Assembly: GCA_913020725.1 (NCBI GenBank)
Contig: CAJWCD010000066.1
Location: 1 to 19,951, forward strand
DNA length: 19,951 nucleotides
Reading direction: 5' to 3'
Source of the DNA: an uncultured Pseudomonadota bacterium
Lineage (GTDB): Bacteria; SAR324; NAC60-12
This document shows positions 1 to 9,770 of this stretch, one piece after another. Every line of letters starts with the position of its first letter. Position 1 is the stretch's first letter. Made by a program: the position numbers and the translations under genes. Below the pieces are notes generated by a model. It was given only the letters and a program-made list of their open reading frames with translations. It ran no database searches and had not been told where the DNA came from.

Positions 1-51
1 TGTGTAGCTCATCGTCTCTGTTTGGTTTGAAGTCGTTGTTAAAATTGGGCA

Positions 52-648
52 CTAGGGCAGACAATTCTCCTTTTGTCTCAGCAACCCCTCCACGGCTGCC
101 GACAGATCCTCCGCCCAAACATCCGGATCGCGCTCGCAGTTCCCATCACTTCCCGCATAACCGGTACGCACCCCGATGGCGGGGCAACCCCACCGAGCGG
201 CGGCTTCAAAATCGGAAGTTTTGTCGCCGATCAGCACAGCCTCGTCCGGTGTGAAGCCAAGCGCGGCTCCGGCTTGTGCGAGCAAACCCGGTTCCGGTTT
301 GCGGCATCCGCACGGGGGGAGAGGGGTGGCGCGAAGCCTCCCGTTTTCCCATTTCGGGTGGTGTGGGCAGTAGAAAATTCCGTCCACTTGTCCACCCACT
401 TCTGCCAGTTCCTTGCACATTTTCTGGTGAATCTTGCCCAGTCCGGATTCTGCCAACTGTCCTCGTGCGAAGACGGATTGGTTGGTGACGATGGCAACGA
501 TCAAGCCCTGCTGGTGGAGCCGGGTCACGGCTTCTGCACTGCCGGGGATCCAGATGAATTCCTCCGGCGTGAGCGGTGGACCGGGTTCTTCGTTGAGGAC
601 GCCATCGCGGTCCAATAGCACGGCTCGCAGCTTTTGGAAATCAGGCAT
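52..648 (-). CDS. gmhB: D-glycero-D-manno-heptose 1,7-bisphosphate phosphatase (HAD IIIA family)
   Basis: 198 aa; HAD motif I LDRDGVLN, VTNQS, Zn-binding CPHHP...CGCRKPEPG, motif IGDKTSD. Confidence 0.9.
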   Translation of the reverse strand: MPDFQKLRAVLLDRDGVLNEEPGPPLTPEEFIWIPGSAEAVTRLHQQGLIVAIVTNQSVFARGQLAESGLGKIHQKMCKELAEVGGQVDGIFYCPHHPKWENGRLRATPLPPCGCRKPEPGLLAQAGAALGFTPDEAVLIGDKTSDFEAAARWGCPAIGVRTGYAGSDGNCERDPDVWAEDLSAAVEGLLRQKENCLP

Positions 649-1747
649 TGCCCTCCTGCAAAAAAGTGCGCCGTTGACTGCGCTCCCAGCCTTTCATTTC
701 CTTGATCTGCTCATAGAATTTTTGCCAATCCCCGTCTAGTTTTTGGTACAGGTTCCGGAACTGCTCAACGTGCATTTCGTAGCGTCGCACTCCAAGCAGG
801 TGCGCGTTGTTGAGCGGTTTGGCGAACCAGTGGTCGTAGTTGAGGACACGGAATTGTTCGCGTTGTTCGTGGTAGGTGGCTTTGAGTGCAGTGAGGACTT
901 CCTGTTTTTTACGCTGCATTTCCGCTTTCGGAAGGTCGGAGGCGTAGAGCTGTTCAAGTTGCAGCAGTGTGGTCAGGGTGAGGGTCCGGAAACGTTCGCG
1001 GTCGGCTTGTGCGAGTCGGTAGCGGGGGAGCTTGGGGGAAGCGTCGCCTTCAACGCTACGCAGGAAACTCGCCACTCCGTCCTGCTCAACGAAGGAGGCG
1101 AAGGATTCGTTGAAGGAAGTGTCATCCGGAACATAGACCACCTGATGTGCCATCTCGTGGATGAGCGTGGCGGCAATGTCCTCGTCCCGGCGCTTGAGGA
1201 AGGTGTTGAGAACGGGATCGGAAAACCACTCCGGGAGCCAAGGCTGGTTGAGCCAGCCAAGGGTGGAGTAGGCGGTGACGTGGCTGATGGCGACATCCCA
1301 GTTTTCGGCTTCAAATTGCTTGGCGAGTTCGAGTGCGTTTGCTTTCTCGAAGTAGCCACGATACTCCTGACAACCGACGAACCAGTAGCACCAGCGCTGG
1401 CTGGTGAGCGTGAAAGGTTTGGCGGCGGTGACGGCCACCGTGACGTAGCTGCGCCCAAGGTCGGTGTAGCCCGTGTAGCCCGGATTCTGTGGGAGCTTGA
1501 GTTCCGTGACTGCAAACTCACGGACCTGCCTCACCAGTTCAAGCTTGTGGCGTGTTTCGGACTGCGTGTCCGGACTGGCGATCAGTTTCTCGATGTCCTC
1601 TTTCTGCGCGAGCAGACTAAGGTGCCCGGACGCCGCCTGCCAGTAGTAGCCAAGGTCGGTGCATCCGGAGAGCAGGGTGAGCGTTGCAAAAATGCAGATG
1701 ACGGGGAAGCCGCAAAGCAGGGAGCGGGGTTCAGCTCTCTTGGGCAT
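641..1747 (-). CDS. Putative zinc aminopeptidase lipoprotein (DUF2265-type)
   Basis: 368 aa; lipobox LLSG-C after a hydrophobic stretch; HExxH (IHEMAHQ) followed by FNESFASFVE; family motifs AYSTLGW, DPVLNTF, LNNA. Overlaps gmhB start by 8 bp. Confidence 0.85.
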   Translation of the reverse strand: MPKRAEPRSLLCGFPVICIFATLTLLSGCTDLGYYWQAASGHLSLLAQKEDIEKLIASPDTQSETRHKLELVRQVREFAVTELKLPQNPGYTGYTDLGRSYVTVAVTAAKPFTLTSQRWCYWFVGCQEYRGYFEKANALELAKQFEAENWDVAISHVTAYSTLGWLNQPWLPEWFSDPVLNTFLKRRDEDIAATLIHEMAHQVVYVPDDTSFNESFASFVEQDGVASFLRSVEGDASPKLPRYRLAQADRERFRTLTLTTLLQLEQLYASDLPKAEMQRKKQEVLTALKATYHEQREQFRVLNYDHWFAKPLNNAHLLGVRRYEMHVEQFRNLYQKLDGDWQKFYEQIKEMKGWERSQRRTFLQEGNA

Positions 1748-3656
1748 CGAGGAAATTCAGGAATGCTTTGGCCGGTTTGAGGATGCCCGCGTGGCGGGCA
1801 AGGACTTGGTTGTCTGCGTTGAGGATGACATAAAACGGCAGTGCGAGAGTCTGGAAACGCTCGACCTGCATGAGTTGGTTGGTTTCTGCGTCCGCACCAC
1901 CGTCGGTGTAAAGCTGGAGCAAGACGAAATCCTCGTGGAAGCGTGCCAGCACTGCCGGGCGCTCAAACACGTTCTTCTCCATCCAGCGGCAGTTCACGCA
2001 GGTGTAGCCCGTGAAGTCGATGAAGACGCGGCGATTCTGCTGCCGGGCAAGCACGAGAGCTTCGTCGAGTTGCGAGTGCCATGTCAAGTCTGTCGGCGGC
2101 AAGTTGTCCTTGGATTCCAATTCAACCAGAACCGGGGGCAAGTAGGTGTCCACCCACGGGTTGAGCGGCACACCGCCAAGGCCGCGCCCAAGGTAGAGCG
2201 CGAGCATCAGGAAACTGGCTGCGCTCACGAATCCCACCAAGGAGGTGGCCTTAATCCGGACCTGATGCACCGTGAGACTGCCGAGCAGAAAAAGTCCCGT
2301 GAGGACGGAAATCACCACCCACGCCGTGATCACAAAATCGCGGTCCAGTATCCCCCATTCCCAAACGAGGTCGGTGTTGCTCAAAAATTTGAACGCCGCC
2401 GCGAGTTCCAGTAAGCCCAGCACGACCTTGAGGTGGTCCATCCAATCCCCGGATTTACCCCGCAGTGACTGAATCCAGCGCGGGAAGAGTCCGAGCAAGA
2501 AGAAAGGCAGGGCGAAAACGGTCGCGAAGACGAGCATTCCGATCAGCGGCCAAAGCCAATGCCCTTGCGATGCGGCAATCAGCATCGTGCCGACAAACTG
2601 GACGGTGCAGGTGAAGGAGGTCAGCGTGAAGACGAGTCCCATCAACAGCACTCCCACTGCCCCTCCGTAGCGGCGGGACCACTGGTCTGCGTGGGTGCCG
2701 ACTCCGGAGGGCAGGCGGAGTTCAAAGAAGCCCATCAGGCTGAACCCGAAGGCGAGGAAGAGCAAACCGATGGCCAGATTCACCCAGCCGTTGGTGGCCA
2801 ACTGCACCGCCCCTGTTGCGCCGAGCAGGACGGACAGCCCCATGCCGGTGACCGTATAGGTGCCGATGATGCCGAGTCCAAACAACCCTGCGAGGCGTAC
2901 CGTGCTGCCGGATTCGCTCTGTTTGGTGAAGTACGCGACCGTGATCGGAATCATCGGGAACACACAGGGGGTGAGCAACGCCAGCAGTCCGGCCACCAGC
3001 GCTAGCCCGAGGAAGCCCAGTACGCCTTCCGAAAGCACGGATTCGAGTTCTGAGTTTGATAGACTTTCGGCATCCGGAACCTCGTCCACTGCATACTGCG
3101 CGAACGAATACTCCGGACGCACTGGACCAGATGTGATTGTGAAATCGGTGATTAAGGGGACTGTTTTGGGGGGCAGGCAAACACGGTCGCTACAGGTTTG
3201 AAAGCGCAAATTTGCTTGCACCGCAAATGTTCCAAGTGGGGCCGATTCTGGAACCCGCAAATTCTGGAAAAGACGCGCTTGTTTTTTGTGGAAGCTGAGC
3301 ACCATGTCCAACACCGGATCGTTGTCGGTGAGTGGGTTGGATTCGTAAATCGGTCCTTGTGCTTCCAGATTTAGGGTGTCGAGGGTGAGTGTCGTAGAGA
3401 TCGGTGCGAAATCCCCTGTGGCCGGAACAACTGAGTAGATGTGCCAGCCCGGATGGAACTTCATCCGCACCACGGCCCGCACCTGCTCGCCGAGACGAGG
3501 ATCAGACGGTTCCAGTGCAAGCTCCGGGAAGACCACCTGATCCGGGATTTCCGGTTCGTCAAACTGGGCGGCAACGGGCGCGGCACCTCCGAACAACAGC
3601 AGAAGGATCGCAAGCACGGCGGTCACTGCATCCGAAAAATTTGTCCGGAAAGTCAT
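1731..3656 (-). CDS. dsbD: Thiol:disulfide interchange protein DsbD (three-domain)
   Basis: 641 aa; signal peptide; N-domain with GWHIYS and TCSDRVC; membrane domain with LTPCVFPMIP and SFTCT; C-terminal thioredoxin FIDFTGYTCVNCRWME. Confidence 0.9.
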   Translation of the reverse strand: MTFRTNFSDAVTAVLAILLLLFGGAAPVAAQFDEPEIPDQVVFPELALEPSDPRLGEQVRAVVRMKFHPGWHIYSVVPATGDFAPISTTLTLDTLNLEAQGPIYESNPLTDNDPVLDMVLSFHKKQARLFQNLRVPESAPLGTFAVQANLRFQTCSDRVCLPPKTVPLITDFTITSGPVRPEYSFAQYAVDEVPDAESLSNSELESVLSEGVLGFLGLALVAGLLALLTPCVFPMIPITVAYFTKQSESGSTVRLAGLFGLGIIGTYTVTGMGLSVLLGATGAVQLATNGWVNLAIGLLFLAFGFSLMGFFELRLPSGVGTHADQWSRRYGGAVGVLLMGLVFTLTSFTCTVQFVGTMLIAASQGHWLWPLIGMLVFATVFALPFFLLGLFPRWIQSLRGKSGDWMDHLKVVLGLLELAAAFKFLSNTDLVWEWGILDRDFVITAWVVISVLTGLFLLGSLTVHQVRIKATSLVGFVSAASFLMLALYLGRGLGGVPLNPWVDTYLPPVLVELESKDNLPPTDLTWHSQLDEALVLARQQNRRVFIDFTGYTCVNCRWMEKNVFERPAVLARFHEDFVLLQLYTDGGADAETNQLMQVERFQTLALPFYVILNADNQVLARHAGILKPAKAFLNFLDAQES

Positions 3657-3665
3657 GCGTGTGAG

Positions 3666-4655
3666 TCAGGCAGGCGAGTTCGGAGTTTCAGAAGACTGGA
3701 CGAGTTTCAGTATGCCGGAGCGGTGGCGAACACGCCAGCCCTTCTCAAGGGAGAATTCCCACACCCCCGGATTGGAACGCAGCAATTTCAGAAATTCTAA
3801 CAGACGTCGATAGGGGAGCGTGGTGCCGGATCGCTCAGTGATGAAGTGATGCACGATTTCCTGCTGCACCAGTTCCGGGAGGCCGTCCAACGTCGGCACC
3901 GCAAGCGAAATTCCGGAAGCTCGAACTCCCGTCTCTGCTTGCCATGCCCTCACACAGTCAGCGAGCCAAGTTTGCAGGTGGGTGCTTTGCGTTTCCAAGT
4001 CCTCAAGCCTTTGCGGCAAGCCGTTGCGCGACAACTCCTTCAACAACGGAATCAATTCGTTCCGGACGCGGTTACGCAGGTATTTTGGGCTTTGATTGGA
4101 TTTGTCTTCGCGCCAAGCTAGGTTATTTCGAGTCAAGAAATCTTGGAGTTCCTGACGGGTGCAGGCCAGCAGAGGACGGATGAAAGGCAATGTGGACCAG
4201 CGCATGCCGTGCAGTTTGGAAAGATGCGCTCCGCGCAGCCACTTCAGCAGCCATGTTTCAATCTGGTCATCTGCTTGATGCGCGGTGGCGATGCGTTCTG
4301 CACCAAGTTGGGTTGCCAGTTTCATGGAGACGGCCTGTCGCCATTCCCGTGCCTTGGCCTGTAGTCCGGAGGTTTCGTGCTGAAGGGATTCACTGATTTG
4401 GAGATGGCAAGGAAGCTTCAGGCTCTCGCACAGGTTTTGGACGAATTCTGCATCCGCAGCAGATTCTTGACGAAGCTGGTGATTGAAGTGAACCACTTCG
4501 AGTTGGAACTGATGGCAGGGGCTGAGGTGCTGGAGCAGGTGGAGCAGGGCCACCGAATCGCTGCCGCCGCTCACACAGACAAGGACTCGGCTTCCGGAAC
4601 GGATCAGCTCATGCCGGGTCAGTGCTGCGCTGAGGCGCTGGAGCAGTCCGTCCAC
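3666..4655 (-). CDS. tilS: tRNA(Ile)-lysidine synthetase (short form lacking the distal C-terminal domain)
   Basis: 329 aa, GTG start; PP-loop VSGGSDSVALL, HFNHQLR, TAHQADDQIET, IRPLL, WREDKSN, RNRVRNELIP. Confidence 0.93.
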   Translation of the reverse strand: MDGLLQRLSAALTRHELIRSGSRVLVCVSGGSDSVALLHLLQHLSPCHQFQLEVVHFNHQLRQESAADAEFVQNLCESLKLPCHLQISESLQHETSGLQAKAREWRQAVSMKLATQLGAERIATAHQADDQIETWLLKWLRGAHLSKLHGMRWSTLPFIRPLLACTRQELQDFLTRNNLAWREDKSNQSPKYLRNRVRNELIPLLKELSRNGLPQRLEDLETQSTHLQTWLADCVRAWQAETGVRASGISLAVPTLDGLPELVQQEIVHHFITERSGTTLPYRRLLEFLKLLRSNPGVWEFSLEKGWRVRHRSGILKLVQSSETPNSPA

Positions 4656-4664
4656 ATTCGTTGA

Positions 4665-5906
4665 TCAATCGTCGTCGTAGACTTCTTCTTCTTCCGCCCG
4701 CTCAAGCTGATTGATGGCGCTCTCCACGCGCTTCTGGAGCGGCATAAAACTTTGGTCCACCGTGACCGCCGCATCAATCGTGTCCTTGCCCAGCTTCATC
4801 AGGTGCTTCACGCCATCCTTGGTGAAGCGCATGAGGTCACGATGCACAAAGCCGTATTGCGTGAGGTTGGCGAACTCGGTGAGGACCGGGAGGTCGCCCT
4901 TCTTGGGGTTGGTTTTGGAGACGAGCTTGATCGCACGACGATAGGCGACCACCGCCTGATTGAAGGTCGGGGCCATGTTCTCGCGTGCCAACTTGTCTCC
5001 GGACTCGATGCGCAGCAGGTGATACTTGAGTCCTTGCATGTAGAGCCGTCCCTCCATCACGAGCGGAAAGGTGAGCTTGCTGTCAATGCGCCCCATGGCC
5101 TGCGCCAGTTCCAGTCCGGCTCCTTGAAGCAGGGGAACCTGCTTGATCGCCTCGATCACCTGCACGGTCTTGCCGATGACAACGTTTTCCTTCTGCTGAC
5201 TGTTCTCGTCTTCGCCCCCGCCAAAGAAACTTGCGGCGGCTTTGCCGTCCGCAGTGACTTCCTCCAGTTCCTCGCGGGACAAGGTGGTGCTCATGGGACG
5301 GTTCTGCATGGCCTTGAGCAGGTCGTCCACCTGCCCCACCAAGGATTCGCCCACGTTGATCTCGGTGAGCATGCCCTCCGAGTTCTTGAGGTTTTCGTCG
5401 CCGGCTTCGTCGTTCACGTTGATCCCACTCATGTTGACGTTCTTCAGCACCGAGGACTTGATCGCCATCATGTTCTGCTTGTGGACGTTCTGGAGTTTTT
5501 CCAGATAGGTCTTGTAGGTGACAATGCTGACTTGGACGAATACCGGCGTGATGTCGCCAAGATAAATCGGCACTGCCGCTTGCAGCATGAGGTCCCGGTG
5601 GGTGTCTAGGTGGTGATCCTTGCTGTGGTTGATCACGGCATTGACCAACTGGACGCGGGAGGTGGAGTCGGTGGGCTCCTTGTTGAGCTTGCTGACGAGT
5701 TTCTTGACTTCCGAGTTACCCTCTGCCGCAGAACCGATGATGCTGCCGTCAACGTGGTTGCTCTCTTTGTTGCGGCCCAGCATTTTCTTGAGGGGGGATT
5801 TCTTGTTGTGTTCCTTGATCTCGCCTGTGATGCCGAGCAACTGCTTCTGGAACGCGATGAAGTTGATGTTGGGCGTGTTTTTGTTTTCTTTGATCTTGCT
5901 TGCCAT
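4665..5906 (-). CDS. Hypothetical all-helical protein, possibly TPR-like
   Basis: Long ORF with strongly C/G-ending codons; likely start at ATG 5906 (MASKIKENK..., 413 aa) rather than the TTG at 5975; TPR-like segments (LNKEPTDSTSRVQLVNAV; FNQAVVAYRRAIKL); acidic tail EEEEVYDDD. No family recognised. Confidence 0.8.
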   Translation of the reverse strand: MASKIKENKNTPNINFIAFQKQLLGITGEIKEHNKKSPLKKMLGRNKESNHVDGSIIGSAAEGNSEVKKLVSKLNKEPTDSTSRVQLVNAVINHSKDHHLDTHRDLMLQAAVPIYLGDITPVFVQVSIVTYKTYLEKLQNVHKQNMMAIKSSVLKNVNMSGINVNDEAGDENLKNSEGMLTEINVGESLVGQVDDLLKAMQNRPMSTTLSREELEEVTADGKAAASFFGGGEDENSQQKENVVIGKTVQVIEAIKQVPLLQGAGLELAQAMGRIDSKLTFPLVMEGRLYMQGLKYHLLRIESGDKLARENMAPTFNQAVVAYRRAIKLVSKTNPKKGDLPVLTEFANLTQYGFVHRDLMRFTKDGVKHLMKLGKDTIDAAVTVDQSFMPLQKRVESAINQLERAEEEEVYDDD

Positions 5907-5999
5907 CAGACCTGTTGGGTGAAAGGAGTGACTCAGGAAAACTATTAGGAGTATTGATGGCTCACTTTCCCGCAAAAGTCGAGAGAAATGAGCAGACGC

Positions 6000-8900
6000 T
6001 CAACCTGCAGTCAGTTCGTTGACGGCACGACGCCCCATGCTGTCAAAGCTTTCTGAAAGCGGATGGGGGATGAGGTGTTCACGAGTGCCAATGGCATCGT
6101 GTGGCCAGAGGGTGTTGGCCACCCCGTTGATGTACACCTGAGTGAATTTTGGCGCTACCGGGACATCGAACTTCCCGTGTCCCACCCAAATCCGCAGCTT
6201 CGGAGGATGCGAGGCCAGCAGCGGAATCTTCAATGCAGCAATGTACTTGAGGAACAGCATGCGGCATTGCTTGCTGTAGAGCCGCAGGAAGAAGCGCGGT
6301 AGCTCCTCGTCATGCCCCATCTTCTGATCCGGAGGGATTTTGGGAACCTTGATGTCGCGGATGTCGAAGCTCAGCACGAACTGCTCCCCCATGTTGTCGC
6401 GGATGATCAGCGAGAGCATGTTGAAGCGGTTGACATGACAGGCGATGAAGACATCCTTGAGGTAGTGGATATTCTCCAAAAGCTCCTGTGAGGAAGCGTG
6501 CATGGGCGCAAAGAACTCCTTGATTTCCGATGCAAGGTCGAAGAGCGCCTGCGGGGTCACGGGGTTGGTGGCAATCTCGCTGCGGACCGTGGCCGGAGGT
6601 TTCTCGAAGGAGGAGAGGTTGCGGCTGGAGAAGCCAAGATAGCCGCTGAAGACGCAGCGGGCGATGCCTTCCACAAGATGCGCATCGAACATGGGCATGA
6701 CGGTGTTGGCGTTGCGCCCCGCCCCGCCCCCAGAGGCTTCGGCGCGGCTGAGCATCGAACTGAAGCTCCACTTGCCGTTTTTTTGGTTGAAGTCCACCTT
6801 CACCCGGCTGCGGGGGATGCTCAGACTTTTAGAAATCGGCAGTGGCACCTGAAAGGGTTTGCGCTCGAAATTGCGCTCAAAGTGATACTTGAAGATTACG
6901 TTTTCCAAAGTGTCCCCGGCGATTTGCACCTTGGAACCCTCGATGGTGCGCCGCACCCAGTTTTCGTTCAACTCGATTCCGGACTGCCGGAAATAATCCG
7001 AGACGTTGCCGATCACGCTCTTGAGCTTCTGGTGGTCCTGATAAATGCTGCGGGCCTGCATTTTCTCCAGCGCGTTCATGGGTTGCTTGCGCTTGACCTT
7101 GAGCAACACCTTGCGGTCCTCAATGGCGACCCGCTGGTTGACCACAGCAAGTAAGGGGGAGAGAAATTTTTTGGCATTTTCCAAATCCGCCGAACTGTCT
7201 CCCACCTTGAGCAGGTGCTTGGCAATATTATCCACACCGTTGGTGTGCCCGATGCTGCACAGCTTTTTCTCGGTGCGCTGCATGGATTCAAGGAAGAGTT
7301 TTTTGAGGATTTTCTCGGTACGGTTGCCGGCATCGTCCCGACCCTGCGAGAAGCGGATCAACTCCAAGCGCTCTTCCGGGTCACTGAAAAAGAGGTTGTA
7401 GAAGGCGATCAACGCCCGTGTGCGCCAATTGACGGTGTCATCAATCCAGATGGCCTTGCCGTCGTTGCCATAGTCAATGATGTCCGAAATCCGGATGTGC
7501 TGGGCGAAGCAGAAGATGATCTGCTTCTGCGTCACAGAAAGCGTGTTGAGCTCGAAATCATGCTCGGTTTCCTCCGGTTGCTCGTAACTCTCGAAGCGGG
7601 CGAGCATTTCAGTGAACTTGAGCCACCACGGATCCAGCGGCAATTCCGGGAAATCCGCTTCAAGTTGCCGGAGTCCTGCCACCAAGGAGCCTTCGAGTTC
7701 TTGGCTGACGAAATAGCGTTGGTCCGGATTCCAGAGCAGGCGAGTGAGGCTGCTCGGCGGATCGTCTTCCTTGTCGATGCAGACGATCATTTCCAGCCAC
7801 CAGCAGTTGAGCAGCGCCTTGGGGAGGTTGCGGTGACTGACCTTCTCGCTTTCTCGCAGGAAGATCGGCGTGGCGTGTTCCAGAAATTTTTTGCGCGGAA
7901 TCTTGGTCTCACCCCAACTGGGCAGCTTGCGGAGCGCAAAAGTCTCGACCAAATCCTCCCCGGTTTTCTCGCCGTTCTCATCACTTGGGGCCGGAGTGGT
8001 CTGGGTGAGTTGCCACTCGTCTTCCGGAAACACCCCGATCTGCTGAAGTACCTGAAATTCGTAGGGCAGGTCAAAGGGCATAGAAGTAATTCCACACAGC
8101 ACCACCGCCGGGTTGAGCAGGAAGTCGTTGAGCAAGTTCGAGTAGGCCATGCTGCCTTCCGGAGAGACGAGGAAGGGCGTGTGCTGCCCGGCGCGTTGCC
8201 TGCGGAGGATGTTGGTGAAGAAGTGGATTTCCGTGCTGGGGTATTTCTTGGTGAGGTACGCTTCCGCCTGAAACACCTTCTGGTGAATGGGAAATTCGAT
8301 CTCAACTTCACGGAGCTTCGCTTCAAAATCCGAGTAAGCTTGCGCGAGTTGCGTCATGTGGACGCGGAAATGCTCAGCTAGCGTGGCGGACAACTTCTGA
8401 GTGTGGTCCTCCGGAAGTTCGACCTTGCCGCAGTGCTGCTGGAGCAGTTGCACCACCTCCGGCAACTTGCCTTGGTAGGTGCTGGCCATGCGGGAGGCCA
8501 ACTGCTCCAGAAAATCAACTGCAAAAAAAGAGGAGGCTTGGCTGTTTTTGAGATGCCCGAGCAAGGCTTTTTCCTGCTGCGGGCCTGATGCCTTGGGGTC
8601 CAGGCCCTGCTGCACCAAAACCAAACGTGCGCTCTCCTCTCCCAAAAAATGCTCGCGGTAGTACAGAGCCATCCAGTGGTTGACCACCTCTCCGGACAGT
8701 TTTGCCATCGAGAAGGGAAAACAGCGTTTGCGCAAATCGTCGGCAGATTCCTTTTTGAGAAAACTGAAGAACTGCTTGAGGGCATCGAGGAAAATCTCGC
8801 AGTCCGGATACTCCCGGACCGTGTGTGAAATGGGAATGTGGAAAAGCTCACCTTGTTCTTCGGGACTTAGTTTCTGGAGGCGTTCCTGAATAAGCCGATA

Positions 8901-9770
8901 CACCTCCTTGCGGAAACTGCTTTCGAAAATCACATCTGCAACCTTCGCCTCTTCTGCGGTCAGCCCTTCGCCAATCTGTTCCAGTAATGCGTCAACCGCT
9001 TCCTGCTTGAGGGCTTTGTGCTCTGCCGGAGAGAGGACTTGGTAGTAGTAGTGATCATGGAAGTGGTTGAGGATCGCCGTGACCAACGCGATGAAGAAAT
9101 CTCCATCGTTCCAGCTTCCGTCATACTCCGGATTGGTGTCAATGATGATTTGCGCGTCCATGTCGGAATCGGGTTTGTGCCCGATGCCCCCAAGGCTACC
9201 GATGGTGGTGAGCGCCTTGATGGGCCGGACCTGTGCCTGCTGGAACTGACCACAAATTTCGGAATACTCCTCCTGAAGGTAGTTGAAGATGCTGATGTCC
9301 CCACCTTCGCACATCTTCTTAGGAAGGAAGCGCAACCCCCCCTCAATGCCAAACGGTGCCCCTTCCTTGAAAATCGGATAGGAGAGGGTGCGCATCACCG
9401 GTTTGCCGTCCTCGTCAAACTGCTTGGTGCGCTCCTGCACCTCCATCGGTGGAGCGTCCACTTGGTTGATGTCGAAGAGGAAAAGCCCTTCAAACATGGT
9501 GTTGTGCATCTCATCGCTTGCCAGCGTGACCAGACTTTCCATGCGCTTGCGGTTGATCTGTCCCATCGCGTCGAATTCCCGCTGCGCGTACTCCTTGAGT
9601 TCATCGAGTTGTTCCTTGGAGTAGGAACTGCGCAGGGCGTCCGTGAGGGTGCTTTTCTGGAGGGACTTCAGGATTGTCTGCAAGCCCGACTTGGCGGCAT
9701 CTCCCTGCGGATTGCAGGGGACGAGCGCATTGCGGACGGAGAGGGCTTCGAGTTGCTGCTCAAGCGTCAT
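6000..9770 (-). CDS. Divergent class I adenylate cyclase-like (Pol-beta superfamily) nucleotidyltransferase
   Basis: 1256 aa; TIGSLGGIGHKPDSDMD matches the GS-x10-DxD motif of class I CyaA (TMGSTSSVGQSCSSDLD); later collinear blocks EIHFF, EGSMAYSNLLNDF..PAVVLCG, KVSHRNLPKALL, LDPW, IFCF resemble CyaA EVSFF, CGSTQHILLLDEF..AVRLAG, KSIDSPYKAVL, LDPY, RCF. CyaA sequence recalled from memory. Confidence 0.75.
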   Translation of the reverse strand: MTLEQQLEALSVRNALVPCNPQGDAAKSGLQTILKSLQKSTLTDALRSSYSKEQLDELKEYAQREFDAMGQINRKRMESLVTLASDEMHNTMFEGLFLFDINQVDAPPMEVQERTKQFDEDGKPVMRTLSYPIFKEGAPFGIEGGLRFLPKKMCEGGDISIFNYLQEEYSEICGQFQQAQVRPIKALTTIGSLGGIGHKPDSDMDAQIIIDTNPEYDGSWNDGDFFIALVTAILNHFHDHYYYQVLSPAEHKALKQEAVDALLEQIGEGLTAEEAKVADVIFESSFRKEVYRLIQERLQKLSPEEQGELFHIPISHTVREYPDCEIFLDALKQFFSFLKKESADDLRKRCFPFSMAKLSGEVVNHWMALYYREHFLGEESARLVLVQQGLDPKASGPQQEKALLGHLKNSQASSFFAVDFLEQLASRMASTYQGKLPEVVQLLQQHCGKVELPEDHTQKLSATLAEHFRVHMTQLAQAYSDFEAKLREVEIEFPIHQKVFQAEAYLTKKYPSTEIHFFTNILRRQRAGQHTPFLVSPEGSMAYSNLLNDFLLNPAVVLCGITSMPFDLPYEFQVLQQIGVFPEDEWQLTQTTPAPSDENGEKTGEDLVETFALRKLPSWGETKIPRKKFLEHATPIFLRESEKVSHRNLPKALLNCWWLEMIVCIDKEDDPPSSLTRLLWNPDQRYFVSQELEGSLVAGLRQLEADFPELPLDPWWLKFTEMLARFESYEQPEETEHDFELNTLSVTQKQIIFCFAQHIRISDIIDYGNDGKAIWIDDTVNWRTRALIAFYNLFFSDPEERLELIRFSQGRDDAGNRTEKILKKLFLESMQRTEKKLCSIGHTNGVDNIAKHLLKVGDSSADLENAKKFLSPLLAVVNQRVAIEDRKVLLKVKRKQPMNALEKMQARSIYQDHQKLKSVIGNVSDYFRQSGIELNENWVRRTIEGSKVQIAGDTLENVIFKYHFERNFERKPFQVPLPISKSLSIPRSRVKVDFNQKNGKWSFSSMLSRAEASGGGAGRNANTVMPMFDAHLVEGIARCVFSGYLGFSSRNLSSFEKPPATVRSEIATNPVTPQALFDLASEIKEFFAPMHASSQELLENIHYLKDVFIACHVNRFNMLSLIIRDNMGEQFVLSFDIRDIKVPKIPPDQKMGHDEELPRFFLRLYSKQCRMLFLKYIAALKIPLLASHPPKLRIWVGHGKFDVPVAPKFTQVYINGVANTLWPHDAIGTREHLIPHPLSESFDSMGRRAVNELTAG

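Noticed and set aside
1..52. Start of a further minus-strand gene after gmhB (GTG at 52 or ATG at 12)
   Set aside because: Too little sequence to support or identify.
3666..4655. Truncated or pseudogenised tilS
   Set aside because: All catalytic motifs are intact and short TilS forms are well known.
6000..9770. CBASS/CD-NTase anti-phage system
   Set aside because: Downstream blocks match class I CyaA, not CD-NTases; no recognisable Cap effector or E1/E2/JAB genes; housekeeping neighbourhood with host-like composition.
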